Shown one piece after another: positions 1 to 13,039 of a stretch of 64,000 bases of DNA. Source of the stretch: Hydrolagus colliei (taxonomy: Eukaryota). Position numbers and translations under genes: made by a program. The stretch covers positions 18,724,001-18,788,000 of the forward strand of contig CM068749.1 of NCBI GenBank assembly GCA_035084275.1, in the 5' to 3' direction. The notes under the pieces were generated by a model that worked only from the letters and a program-made list of their open reading frames with translations, did not search any database and was not told the DNA's origin. Every line of letters starts with the position of its first letter. The first letter of the stretch is position 1.

Positions 1-105
1 TGTAGCCAAATATCTAATGTTATGTTTCTTCTGTGTTTGAGAGACTGATGAAGGGATAATATAGGTTAGGAAAGGGTAATTTTTCAAGTCACAGAAGGAT
101 ATGTA

Positions 106-315
106 CAGTAAAAGCCATTTTATCTCGCACCCGATCAACTGTAACTTCTGTATAACCGTCATCGCAGAAAAAAAGGCCTACATTCGATTAACCGGAATTT
201 ATCTGGAAAAATTCATTACATTTTTTTTAAATTGCGTTTTCGGCCAAATATCCGGCATGTGCTTCAACCGGCATTGGCCAGATCCCAAGGGTGCCGGATA
301 AACGGGCTTTTACTG
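106..315. mobile_element. Non-autonomous Tc1/mariner (pogo/Tigger-like) MITE in DR1 intron
   Basis: About 27-bp imperfect terminal inverted repeats (cagtaaaagccattttatctcgcaccc versus the reverse complement of gggtgccggataaacgggcttttactg), CAGT...ACTG ends, flanked by TA on both sides (104-105, 316-317); no coding capacity. Confidence 0.8.
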
Positions 316-550
316 TATATATATTGCAATTTCATAACTTGATCCTGGAAATGATCAGAAAATAGTGTCTTGAGCATCAATGTTATAGAAGGAATTGAAA
401 ATTGAAAGCAGATTCTAAATTGTTCAGGCCATGAACATAGTAGCAGATATTTTCAGCACAGAAGGGTTGTGCTGGGGAAGAACAATACTCTGGAACAATA
501 GTTTGATATATATTTGAGGTATATTGATGCCTATTTTTTTTGTTTTATAG

Positions 551-714
551 CACTGGAGAGCCTTGGGTTTTGCTCCTATATTAGTGAAGTCAAGGAAGTC
601 TTACAGGAATGCAAAACAGTAGCATTGAAAAGGAGAAAAGCGAGTTCGCGTCTAGAAAACCTTGGCATACCAGAAGAGGAACTATTGCGTCAGCAACAGG
701 AATTATTTGCGAAA
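551..714 (+). CDS. DR1: DR1 / NC2-beta, penultimate coding exon (gene 5' end lies upstream of the window)
   Basis: ttttatag acceptor, gtaagt donor, 164 nt; translates (A)LESLGFCSYISEVKEVLQECKTVALKRRKASSRLENLGIPEEELLRQQQELFAK, recognisable vertebrate Dr1. Confidence 0.97.
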
Positions 715-1017
715 GTAAGTATAATATTTGAAAATCAGTCTTCCGTACTGTACTACTAAATAGTTGTTGCCACGTACACAATGCAAGCTTATCTCCCAGA
801 TCAAAATTAATCTCTTGGAACCAACATGCTCTGATGATTTGTATCACGTGAAGAAATGAAGTGGGGGAGGGAGAGAAGTGGAACGGTTGCATCTGAACTT
901 AATGGATTAGAGTTTCAGTTGGTTTCCCTCGGTGGAGATGGGATGGATGTGTGCATTTGTAAGTGAAGGATGAGTGAATGAGGAATTGATTGTTCACTAA
1001 CATGTCTATTTTTTCAG

Positions 1018-1167
1018 GCCAGGCAACAGCAAGCAGAATTGGCCCAACAGGAATGGTTACAAATGCAGCAAGCAGCCCAGCAAGCGCAGTTAGCAGCATC
1101 AGCAACAACGAATCCAGTCAACAAAGCAGGATCATCACAAGATGAAGATGAAGAGGATGACATGTAA
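1018..1167 (+). CDS. DR1: DR1 last coding exon (QA-rich region and acidic tail)
   Basis: ttttcag acceptor; ARQQQAELAQQEWLQMQQAAQQAQLAASATTNPVNKAGSSQDEDEEDDM then TAA at 1165-1167; in phase with the previous exon. Confidence 0.97.
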   Translation, partial: ARQQQAELAQQEWLQMQQAAQQAQLAASATTNPVNKAGSSQDEDEEDDM

Positions 1168-2213
1168 ACATCACTGGCACATTTATCTGTGCATAATATT
1201 CTTTTACTGCACACTAACAAATGACTGGACCTGTCTGCAGTCTCTTGACTTAGTACACAACTTGGCAGGCTGGCTATTGGTGTCATTAGTCAAATCACAA
1301 CTGTCATGTGTTCTTTCATGTGTAACAGCCAATCATTATATGTAAGTAAGTGCACAGGATCAGAAGTTTTCAAAATAACATTTAATATGTCTGAAACAAA
1401 CGGGTGTTAAGGATTAGGGGCAACAAATCAGTGCAGTGCTATAAGGCTCCTCAATCTGTTTCTTGTGTGCTCCTGGAAAAATCAGTATTGTTACTGCTCA
1501 TGAATCTGAAGGTTAAATGCTTCAGTTTGCATTGCCAGTTGCTTCTTGACACGTTACTGAAAGCAAACTTCTTAAGTGGCTTATTTAAGGTTGCAATTGA
1601 TTTTTTTTTAAAGTAAGTATGAATTGTAACCAGGGGTCAAAAGATCTGCACCATAGTCCAGATTTTCTTTTTTTTAAAAGAGTCTGAATGGGATAGTTGA
1701 CCTCATTTTAAAGAGAGACCTTATTCGCTTTGATAAAATGCTCAACAGATCTACAGTAGGCTATTTGCGTCTTAGATTTTACATTGTGTACTTTTTAAGG
1801 ACCACGGGGCTCTGGATCGGTTAGTTTCAACTCTAGGAGGATAATGTAAGCTCTATTTTCTGGACGTCGACATTAAAAACAACCTGTTTTTATCAGCAGT
1901 TACAGTACCAAAGAGTGAATTCAGCAGTGGGAAGCTTGGCAAAAACAAGAGGACACTCGCATGTATATTAATTGCTCCTTAAATGTTTTAACTGTTTTGT
2001 ACTGTAGTGTTTCCTGTCCTTTAAGAAATCTATAAATGTTGACTTATGTTTGGGGCTTGAGGACAAATTTCACTTTAATTTTTGGGGGGCGATTTCTGAT
2101 GCAGAGGAAGTGATTCTTTTTTAAATTGCATTGTGATGTTGATTGTGCTGAGTGATATGTGACTTCCCATGGTGCTTGTTCTCTTGCATTTTTCACGTGC
2201 TGGTTTCTCTAGC

Positions 2214-2219
2214 AATAAA
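2214..2219 (+). terminator. Candidate DR1 polyadenylation signal
   Basis: AATAAA about 1 kb after the stop, followed by ATTAAA near 2232 and T/GT-rich sequence; usage cannot be shown from sequence. Confidence 0.4.
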
Positions 2220-2479
2220 AAGACAGGTTTTATTAAACATTCTAAAACTTGTACACCAGTTTGACTTTTGTCTTTACGCATTTAATGCCTGAATATAGAT
2301 TTTATTTCCTGTTCAAAGTACATTTAATGTTGATGAAAAACAGTTATTTTACTCGTTTTTTTTACAAGATACTATTCTGCGGTTAAAGTAGCGGATAAAG
2401 GACATGCTTACATTTTAACTCTTAATATGGAATTTTCCATAATAGTAATTAAGCCTTGCATTTGATACAACGCTTATAA

Positions 2480-2750
2480 TGTCAAATATCTCAAAGCCGT
2501 TCACATTGTTTCTGTGAAACATAGTAACTGCATTTGTAATAGATCAGAGCAGTCTACTTGCACCCGGCAAAATGTGAGTAACAGCAATGAAGTAAATGAC
2601 CAATTTTATCTGGATTATTGTGACCAGGATACATGGAGAAAGCCCTTTTTTTCAATAGAAGAGGCAGGCAAAACCTTGGTTAAATTCCTTATCCAAAGGA
2701 CATCATCTATGATAATATAGTGCTCCCCCAGCACGGCACTGGAGTGTCAA
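2480..2750 (-). mobile_element. Degenerate Deu-domain SINE remnant (SacSINE/AmnSINE-like)
   Basis: Motifs gaccaggatacatggagaa...ccttggttaaattccttatccaaaggac...tgctcccccagcacggcactggagtgtca resemble the reverse strand of the Deu domain as I recall it; boundaries approximate. Confidence 0.5.
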
Positions 2751-2887
2751 TGACTGCTTCTTACATTTTGCAGCATCTGAACTAATATAGTTACTCTTCC
2801 CATTTTATTCATACAATTGGATGATTTATTTTGAGGTACTCAGTGTTGACTGGAATTATATCAAGCTGTAAAGCAATCTACAACTGC

Positions 2888-2950
2888 AGCAACAACAAAA
2901 TTACATTTATAGAGCGCCTCACGTCGGGAGGACGTCCCACGGCACTGAAC
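2888..2950 (-). mobile_element. L2-clade LINE 3' end fragment
   Basis: aacaacaaaattacatttatagagcgcctcacgtcgggaggacgtccc is the reverse complement of the (TTG)n-tailed end seen at 38455-38525. Confidence 0.7.
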
Positions 2951-5900
2951 AGTCAGGTCGGGATGCATACATGGAATGTATTTCTGTAAGATTATTACAA
3001 ATCCTAGGAAAACACTTTTAATTGAAGGGTAAGGAAATGTTTTGCTATGCTTTTTAAAACTAATGTGCTAAACAACTTTACGATAACGATTTAGTTAGGA
3101 TGGAATCTGGAGGAGAAAAATAATGGGGAAAACAAGGATATTGGAAAGTTTTTTTTTCCCACGTGCAACTTTTGGAGTAAAATTATTTCAACATTGTACT
3201 CTGGATATGAAAGGTGCTCTATAAATGTACACTATTATATTGGTTACATTAAAATGATACTCTTTGTAGAAGTACTTGTAGTTTAAAGTGCTTTGGTTAA
3301 AAAGGCATGAAATATTAGAAATATTTGCAAGAATTGTATCACAGCCTGGGTTCCAAGTTATTTGGTGTTAGTCGCTTTGGATCAGTATCAGGAACCTGAA
3401 AGGGTGCAAATTCTGATTTAATGCGAGCAATTGTTCACTTAGACAGTGATGCCAGCTGAATGTGTACACAAGTATTTAACTTGGACATGGTGGCTTCTAG
3501 ATAAATTGTGTTTAATATGCATTTTATTTTTATTGATTACTGGCTTTTTGTTGCCAGACGTGGACTGTGAAATTTACTGAATATATTCAAGAGAAGTGAT
3601 CCTCTTTGCCTGTGTTGGTGACGCAGCTAAGTACATATTATGAAGGCTCCATGAAGGAATCTTTCCAAAAGCATTACTGTGCTTTACAAAAATAACTGGA
3701 TTCTGGTAACTATTATCCTTCTCTTCCTACCCACCCCCCACCTCCCCATGTTAATTTAAAAAAAATAGATCTGGGGTAAACGGAATTCCCAACATTTAAC
3801 TAAATAAAGTTAAATCTTTAATAGCGAGACCCTTGTCATGCATTTTATACCTATCCTTGAGAATTGTTTGATATCTCCCAAGGACTCGTCCCAAACTCTT
3901 TCTGTACCTGCGATCTTGTTGCTTCAGATATTCCTTCCACTCAGCAAACACAGGGCTGTTGTTTCACATCCCCTGAATGCTATGCCCTACATGGGTGATG
4001 CTGCAGCTGCTCTGCCCACTCATTCACTCATCTTGGTTAAAGTAGGTAAGGAATGGATACCTCCAGAAACCCACTAAAATAAATGGTATAAATTAATGTT
4101 ATCTAACGCAGTCATACTTTCATTGAATTATATTGTTTTCGAAGACACCCAGATCTGTTTAAAATTCCAATATACGAATTGCAGAAGAGTTGACTATAGA
4201 AATCGGTTGGTCCTTTTTTTTTTGCCAAGGAAGATATTTATGCTTAATGTGAACTGGTTGGCTATTCACCATGAATGGAAGGAGCCATCACAGTCCGGAC
4301 AATCTATCACCCGATGTTTACACAATCACATCTTCCAGCACAGGATTCGAAGTTTCCAGGGTGGGACATTTTTGCTGATTTTCATTTCTTACACTGGTGC
4401 ACTGAAGCCAGCTGTAATATAATTTTTTTTGCAAAATATTAATAATTGTAATACTCATATTATCCTTTAAGTAACAAACAACTTGTGTACACACCTGTAG
4501 GTACTTGGCTTGGGAGAATATGTTCCACATTGAGGTGCAGAATAGGAGTAAATCATGTGTTTTTAACCTCTGCCTTTCAGCGACCACCCCCCCCCCCCCT
4601 CCCCACTCAAGCCATGGAGTTTTATCAATTGCTTTGTTTGAAACTTGATTAAGTCAAGAGAAAATCCAAATATTTTGAATGTTTAACACATGTTTTCACT
4701 GCACTGTATCCAGATATCTCAGTTCTGTGGTGTGTGAGAGTCACAACAGTGATCTCCATTCCAAAATGTTTGAATGATGTGTTGGACTGTGTGGAACATC
4801 TTTTCTCCATACTAGCAACTCAAATCAACTTGAAAGAAGGAATTACATGATTGATGTTAAGCTTTTGTATCAAGTAGAATGCCTGGCAATGAGTGAAGGT
4901 TGTATGATTCGTAAATATTCCAATGTTATTGTTAAGCTTTGTGATGGGCTGAGTGGCTTCCTCCTGCTCCTGCTTTTCCCTATGTTTCTACACGCAGAGT
5001 AGATTCAGAATTGTTCCAGTTAGTCGCATGCTGGCATGCTTGCTAAGTTGTTTTGATCTTCAATAAATGGCTTCCGTTTTTTAAAAAAAACCTAGAGAAT
5101 ATTGACTGAACTTATTTTTCGCAATTCTGTCTTGTTTGATACCTTCAAGGATAAAGTACCGGTAAATAGCTGGTAAATTGATTTGAGATGATCTATTTCC
5201 AAGAATCCTGTGTCTAACAGCGCTTGTTTTTGAAGAGGACGAATTGCTGATGCAATCGTGGAATATGTTCTTGATAATTGTTCAAAGGAAATTGGAGGAA
5301 GTTTCTTCCCTCAATACTATATGGTGCTCTGCTCGTTTACAGAACCTGGGAGTTCAATCTCCAGAGATTATAGTGTCAATCTTGTATCTGACCCATCATT
5401 ATTCTTTGGAGTACAACTTTCACTACTGCAAATGGAAAATAACACAATAGGCAAAGCTGGAGGCAGCTGTAATAATCGATAAATTGACTTTCATGAATTT
5501 TCCCACGGTGGTTTCTTACAGGAAATGTATTGGATTAATATTAGGAAGTAAATTAGTTATTTCACATGGTCTAATGAGTGCTGCATAGTTCAGAGTTGAA
5601 ATAGTTCAGTATCTGATGAGCAGTCCAAATAAGCTGATAGGACTGAATCTCGGAATGCCTGTTCCTTCCGCTGAAATTTTCCACGAGGGCCCAAAATACA
5701 GTCAGCATGGAATAATACATAGAAAATAGCTATATCGGGAAAAAAAATCAACATATCTTCTGAAGCTGCATCAAGAGAAAGTTTCCTAAGTATGGGCCCC
5801 TTTCCTGGCCTCGGGCCAGTACCTCAGCAATACTTCCTGCCAAGCCAAAGTATTATGTGAGGGACACGCATCACTGCACCCAATTATGGAACTCACAAAC

Positions 5901-8049
5901 CTGTGATGGCACAGCCAAAGCCTACCATTGTTGCAACTGGCAAATCGCGCATTAACCCCTCCATATTACTATTCAACCCCTGTCCAGTTTCCTTCACACA
6001 AACATCTCCAGCAGTTCCATTGTGTTCTGGGTAATACAGCGTTTGTTAATCTCAGTCTCCCAACTATCCTGTTAACCTCGCATTTACTTTCCTACCAGAT
6101 ACTTTCCCATCTTTCTTTAAACTAGTAATTAAAAAAAAGAAGAAATAACTGGTCCTGAGAACCTGTTTTGTGTATCAATGCTATGAGAAAAACAAATTCT
6201 TCTAATTTCACTAATGAGTTGTACATTTTAAATCCATTTTCAGTGGCTCAGAGTTTGTGGTCTAAGTTGAATAACCAGTCATTAAGCATGGTCAAAGAGG
6301 TATGTTTTTAGGCAGATTCTTTGTTTTGGTGGGGTGGGGAGAGGGGGAGGTAGGGGATTGAGGGAAGGACCCAGAGAATGGAGAAAAGTGGTTCACAACT
6401 AATTCTATTACTGTAATACTAGAAGATTGTATCACAATAATTTATAATCCCTCTTCTTAGAACTACATAAATGAATATTGTAACCACATTGTTTACATAA
6501 GTTGAATACACTATCAATGTATTGCAGAGTTTACACCTAGAAAATCCTTAAGAATATGAAACTTTAATTAAATACTTATAGAAAATGACCATCAATCTGC
6601 TGGGCAAACACTCAGAAATGACCAGTTTTTCCAAATTGTTTGTAAAATAGGCAAAAACTTCCTAAAAGCATGTAAATACAAATTAAACTGCAATTATTTA
6701 TAAATGGGTATTGCAAAAAGGGAATTTTAATTGAAACAAGTGAAGATGGATATTAGCTTTAAATAGGTTTTTAGTATACTTCGAGATACTAGCTGAAAAG
6801 AGTGAATTTAAATTCCCTATAGGGAATTCAGTATTCCCTATGCCACTAAATCACCTGCTCGTAGCACGCTAGGGTACCATGCCCTCCAACAGATGTTTAA
6901 ACAATAGAAAGGTGCGTACAAAGTTCACATTTGTGATCTTGTGAATCATTTACTTAAAGACATTTATCACGAGTCGCTTAGTAACAGTAAAGTGAACTTG
7001 AAAAGTACTGAGTGCCCTTTGCAGCATGTAAATTAAGCACTTATTTGCGAACATGTACCATTTGTGAATGAGTAGCAAGGTGATTCATTGCTTTGGAGCA
7101 CAAGCAATGCATCATAGAGTAATAGGATGTTGCTTTGTGTCCATGAATCTGTACCCAAGTGAAGCAAGTCACTTCAGGAGGTGCGGCAACGAACTCTGTA
7201 GTAGCAAGTCACAGAAGCAAAGGAAAGAACACCCATATGTGCATATCAATTAGGACAGTATTTGGCTTGGCTGGAATGTCCCTCAGGCTGCCACCGAGCC
7301 CCAATGATGTAGAAGTTACTTGATTGCAATACTGGCAACCGACAATGATGGAAACAGAATGCAATCATGGATTGGTGCCTTTTGGATGACATTATTTTGG
7401 ATGAAAATAATAAAGTCTAAAACTAGGTTTCCTAACAGTGCAATTTACCTTCGATTCATACCTGTCAATGTATGCAATTACAGTATTAAATTATAACTCA
7501 CCTTGCATGAACGTTTAACATCCATTTGCACATAACTCAATCGCGTGTTCCTGCAGTTGTATTTCCTTCCATTTCTATTGGACTATAATTCCCAAGAATT
7601 GTGCTCAACTTTAAAAAAATCGAATGTATTGTTGTTTTCCATTGTTTTTATACCATGTAAATCAGCTACATACACCATTCTGCTAGTTCTACCCATGTTT
7701 GTTAAGTACTTTTGGATGCATTTCATCTAGCCTTTAATGCTCCTTGAATATTTAATTCCTCCAGCTGGTTATTGACGATTTAATTACTAGATGCATTCCA
7801 CCCAAATGTCTGCTAACATCGCCTAAGAGCAGTTAATGACTGCTTTCAGTAAATGGAATATTCTCATTGAAAATGAAATGGCCAAAACATTTAGTGTTAC
7901 GTACCAATGTTGGCGGAGTACACTCTGAATCACAATCATTGGTCAAAATGAATCAATTTAAAATATAGGTGATGGTGTTTATTCATTTTGAATTCCTCCG
8001 GATACGTCAAACTGCTGTCCTGCCTGCCACTGTATTCGACCACGAAATA

Positions 8050-8148
8050 CACAGTAACTCCACTTTACAGTAAATCCTGTGAAGCGCTTTGAGACATCCT
8101 TCCGATGTGAAAGGTGCTATATCGAATCAAAGGATTATTATTATTATT
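8050..8148 (+). mobile_element. SINE 3' tail fragment
   Basis: cactttacagtaaatcctgtgaagcgctttgagac...ggattattattattat matches the tail of the full SINE copies. Confidence 0.75.
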
Positions 8149-8989
8149 TTGTAATATTATCCTTCATAATCAGCACAATATGTATTGTTCTGTTGTTGGC
8201 CAGACTGTTTATTTATTTATTTATTAGTGTGCTTTGTCTATTCCACTAGGGGGCCATCATGGTTTCTGGAAGATCTACTATTTGTCATAGATGAAGCTTC
8301 CTGTTACGAACCTGGACTGAATCAAAGTACAATTGAAGCAGAATTGCTGGTGTATTTTGGTCATGTAGAAAGGCTGCACCTCGATATAACTAATATCCTT
8401 CCTTCACCATGTTAGCAATTACATGGTTGTCTTCTTATCCAAGAATCTTTTAAGGTTTATTGCGACATTTAGGTGACGTTTAAGATTCAACTTTCTTCAA
8501 AATTAAATTTAACATACGCTCGCCATTTCTTGCAAAACTGTACCCGCAATAGCATGAATTTCGAAGTGCTAGATGCTGATATTTCAAAGCTTAATCTGCG
8601 ATTGTTGCAAATGTCCACTTGATACTGAAGATAACGTTATGTTCCACTTCCAGGCCAATCAAATCCATATTTATGTACCGTACCTACGAACGCAGCTTGA
8701 CTTTTGGGTGGGGAACTGTTGATTCTTTAAGGTTGCAAAGGGGCCATAAACAAAGAGGCATAACCTGGCTGATGTAATCAAATGAAGATGAATAAGTGGA
8801 ATGATTGTGAGGAATTTACATTTGTAAAGCGCCTTTCACGTCGGGAGGACATCCCAAGAGGGTCTCCCAATAAATTAACATTTATTTAAGACTGGGTTTA
8901 TCACAAAGGTTTGTCATCTCTGACATGCACTGAACACAATACCAACTGGCTTGGCCAACTATCGTACTCTTATATAAAACATTCCTTCT

Positions 8990-11570
8990 GTGGGGGGGAT
9001 GTGTGTGTGGGGGTGGGGGGGGGTGTAGGGTCTGTGTAGCGGGTATGTTTAGGGGCGGGTTGTGTGTGTGTGTGTGTATGGTGGGGTGTGTTCAGGGGGT
9101 GGCTATGTGTGTGTGTTTAGGGGGGTTGCGAGCGTATGTGGGCGGGGGTTGTGTTTGTGTAAGTGAGGGGAGGGGGGGGGGGCTGTGTGTATGTAGGGAG
9201 GTTCTGTATGTGTGTGGGGGGTGTATATGTGGGTGGGGTGTGTGTGTATGTGGGGGTGTGTGTATGTGCAGGGGGGCTCTGTGTGTGGGGTAAGTGTGTG
9301 GTGTGGAGGGGTGTAGGTTGTATGTGGGGAGGGGGGGGGGGGGGGAGCTGTGTGTTTGGGAGGGTGTAGTGGGGGTTGTGTGTAGGGGGAGCTGTGTGTG
9401 TGTGGGGGGGAGAGGGGGGGGGGGGTCTCTGATCCAGGACAGTCTCACGCCGCTGTCTGTAATCACAGCCGGACGGGACCCTCCCACATCCAGCCTCCAC
9501 CACGGATATCAGTCAAGCGTTTGCCTGGAGGGAAGACAAGAGCAGAGGGANNNNNNNNNNNNNNNNNNNNNNNNNNNNNNNNNNNNNNNNNNNNNNNNNN
9601 NNNNNNNNNNNNNNNNNNNNNNNNNNNNNNNNNNNNNNNNNNNNNNNNNNNNNNNNNNNNNNNNNNNNNNNNNNNNNNNNNNNNNNNNNNNNNNNNNNNN
9701 NNNNNNNNNNNNNNNNNNNNNNNNNNNNNNNNNNNNNNNNNNNNNNNNNNNNNNNNNNNNNNNNNNNNNNNNNNNNNNNNNNNNNNNNNNNNNNNNNNNN
9801 NNNNNNNNNNNNNNNNNNNNNNNNNNNNNNNNNNNNNNNNNNNNNNNNATCAGTGAGGGAGGGAGAAAGGGAGGGAGGGAGGGAGGGAGGGGGAGAGACA
9901 GACAGACAGTCAGTCAGCCAGGGAGGGAGGGAGTCGGTGAGTGTGGGAGTGAGGGAGGGGTCAGCCAGCCAGGGAGGGAGGGAGGGGGAGGGAGGAGAGA
10001 GTCAATCAGGGAGACTAGAGAGGGAGGGAGGGAGGAAGGGAGAGAGTCAGTTAATCAGTGAGGGAGGGAGGGGGAGAGAGACACAGACAGACAGACAGTC
10101 AGGGAGGGGAGTCGGTGAAGGCGGTTGGACGTTGCTCCTCTTGTGTTTTTTAAAAAATATAGATATAATAAACGGAAATATTTTCTTTCTTCATTTTTTC
10201 GACAAAAAAATAACTCCCCCCCCCCACCCCCCCACCCCCAAATAATAATAATAATATAATAATAATAATAACAAACAGCACAGAAACAGGAGAAGAGAAG
10301 GTACAGACACTTGACACCAACCAAGCCGGGAGCCATGAGCTGGGGCACGGAGCTCTGGGTGAGTCTCAGCCACTCAGTCAGTGTTGGTATTTTGGGAGAT
10401 GAGTGAAGGGGGGGAGAGAGAAAGGGAGAGAGGGAGGGAGGGAGAGAGAGGAGAGGAGGCCGAGCTGAGTAAACAGTGAAGGAGCCGCTCCCCCCCCCCC
10501 CCCCTCACCTCCACCTCCCGCCCGGTTTGAGGAGAGTCCGGCTTTTACCTCAGCGACAGGCGCCTCAGTTGCCCTCCTTCCCTCTCTCTCTCTCCCCTTC
10601 CCTCTCTCCTCTCTCTCCCCTTCCCTCTCTCCCCTTCCCTTCCCTCTCTCCTCTCTCCCCTTCCCTCTCTCCTCTCTCCCTTCCCTCTCTCCTCTCTCCC
10701 TTCCCTCTTCCCTCTCTCNNNNNNNNNNNNNNNNNNNNNNNNNNNNNNNNNNNNNNNNNNNNNNNNNNNNNNNNNNNNNNNNNNNNNNNNNNNNNNNNNN
10801 NNNNNNNNNNNNNNNNNNNNNNNNNNNNNNNNNNNNNNNNNNNNNNNNNNNNNNNNNNNNNNNNNNNNNNNNNNNNNNNNNNNNNNNNNNNNNNNNNNNN
10901 NNNNNNNNNNNNNNNNNNNNNNNNNNNNNNNNNNNNNNNNNNNNNNNNNNNNNNNNTCCCCTTTCCTTTCTTCCCTCTCTCCTGCTTCCCTTTCTTCTCT
11001 CCTCTTGCCCCCCCCCACCCCTCACCCCTTCCTTCTTTCCTTCCCTCCTCTCCCCCCCCCACCTTTCTCTCTCCTTCCCTCTCTCTTTCTCTCTCCTTCC
11101 CTCTCTCTTTCTCTCCTTCCCTATCTCCCTTTCTCCTTCCCTTCTTCCCTGTCAACCGAAAACAATACCAACGACAGTTTCCCCCCCCCCACTCCCTTCC
11201 TCCCTCCCCCCCCTCCCTTCTCCCTCCCCCCCTTCCTTCCTCTCAATTTTGAGGAGCAAATGGGAGAGAAATTCACACCCAGTTTTATTGTCCTTTTTGG
11301 GGGGGTGANNNNNNNNNNNNNNNNNNNNNNNNNNNNNNNNNNNNNNNNNNNNNNNNNNNNNNNNNNNNNNNNNNNNNNNNNNNNNNNNNNNNNNNNNNNN
11401 NNNNNNNNNNNNNNNNNNNNNNNNNNNNNNNNNNNNNNNNNNNNNNNNNNNNNNNNNNNNNNNNNNNNNNNNNNNNNNNNNNNNNNNNNNNNNNNNNNNN
11501 NNNNNNNNTGGGTTCATTGCTCAAAGGGTGGGTAAGTGGGGGTGAGGAGGGGTGGGGGGGGCATTTGTTT
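8990..11570. repeat. Low-complexity GT/GA/CT-rich tracts around FNBP1L exon 1, with three assembly gaps (9551-9848, 10719-10956, 11309-11508)
   Basis: (GT)/G-run tract 8990-9425, GGGA/GACA tract 9850-10110, (AAT)n about 10242-10270, CCCT/CTCT tract 10575-11245; N runs seen directly. Confidence 0.95.
10335..10358 (+). CDS. FNBP1L: FNBP1L (TOCA-1) coding exon 1
   Basis: gccATG Kozak context, MSWGTELW (the family N-terminus), gtgagt donor. Confidence 0.95.
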
Positions 11571-11803
11571 TTTTCCACAGTGTCTTTATTGTGTTCGCCA
11601 GGTTGTTGCGAAACAGACCTGCTTTACTGTTAGGTGTGGGAACAATGCAATACTGGAGAGTAAACGCTTGGCTATGGCCACAGTGAGAAAGGGAAGAAAG
11701 GGGGACAGACAGAGAGAGAGAAGGAGAGAGGGGGACAGAGCAATATCAACTGAAGATTTTACTACAAAGCCTTGCATGCTTGCACACATCTTTTACGCTG
11801 ATG

Positions 11804-11906
11804 AATAATAATCCTCGCATTTGATACAGCGCCTTTCACGTCTCCCAGACGTCTCAAAGCGCCTCACGGGATATACTGTAAAGTGAATCGACTGTACGTT
11901 TGTGGG
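11804..11906 (-). mobile_element. SINE 3' half, reverse orientation
   Basis: aataataatcctcgcatttgatacagcgcctttcacgtc...tactgtaaagtgaatcgactgta is the reverse complement of the SINE tail. Confidence 0.8.
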
Positions 11907-13039
11907 CCACTGTGTAGTTGTGCTTTGGTTGAATTAAAGAAAGGTGTCTGAAAATATCCTCGCAGAACAACCAAAAGAATTTCTCTCTTTCTTTCACATT
12001 GTTGATACCTCGACAGCGGCTGCGGTAGAGGGAAGGGTATTTGTGTCTGTGTAATTAGGTAAAGATAGTTATTCAGAGACTGGGTGTACCCACTATTGTT
12101 ATTGGTGTACATTTAATCAGTTGGATATAAATTTGCTTTGTTGCTTACAAAACGGTTACAAAAGTCTACTGGGCTCTTCAAGCTGTCACGTTTCTTGGTA
12201 AATAAATACAAGGTTGGAGTACTGTAGGGGAAAGGCTAATTTTTAAAAAAAATACTTGTTTGAATGCATGCAATATTTCTTATTTATAATGCGTGCAATA
12301 TTACTGAATTTTTCCACCTGTTCCTGTTGAGCGGCTAAGCAAGACACATTATGTATAAAAACGTCGATTTAACTGCTGAATGTTTTGTGTAAACTACTGT
12401 ACTGTACAGTTCATTTTCCTAGTTTATCCATCAAATTATTATTGAGTATTTTAAATTTGTAAGTCAGGGCCTTTTGTACTTTGTAATATGTGATGGAAGA
12501 CAGACAAAATATATCAAGTCACCTCAAGGTATTTACGGAACTGCCTAAAGAAGTTGGAGACAAATGTTAGATAAATGCCAGAGTATTTGAGACATTAGGT
12601 GTCAAAAGGAGCAGCAACTAAAATATTCTTCAGCTGAATGATAAAGGATATTCTTAGTTAACATGTGTAGTAATGCACTACAGAGAGCATTACCCTTGAG
12701 AGAACATAAGTAGTAAAGGGAAACATGGGTGAATGTGCTTAATCATTTTATCTTTTAAGAGCAATTTAAGAACTGAATTGTTTGTGCGAAGATGTTGGAA
12801 AAATGTGTAGTAATTAAAAAGAAATAACAAATCTCAAATTCCATGTAGTGAAACTATTTTCTTGGTGGACCTGATGCCTCATTTTCAATATTTGTTTTGT
12901 CATCCTTATAACCGGTCTTGATATATCTTGATGGATTCAGTAGTTTTGTTGATGGAAACCTCAAGAAAGATGTTGCTAATTCATACTACAGTATACAGTA
13001 TGTAAAAAGTTAACTGAGCTAAAAAAATCACTGCTAGAA

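Noticed and set aside
6811-6828. 18-bp palindrome aattccctatagggaatt
   Set aside because: Short enough to arise by chance or local slippage; no supporting context.
9003-11578. Long Gly/Val/Pro/Arg-Glu ORFs in the ORF track
   Set aside because: Translations of low-complexity tracts and N gaps; no domain content.
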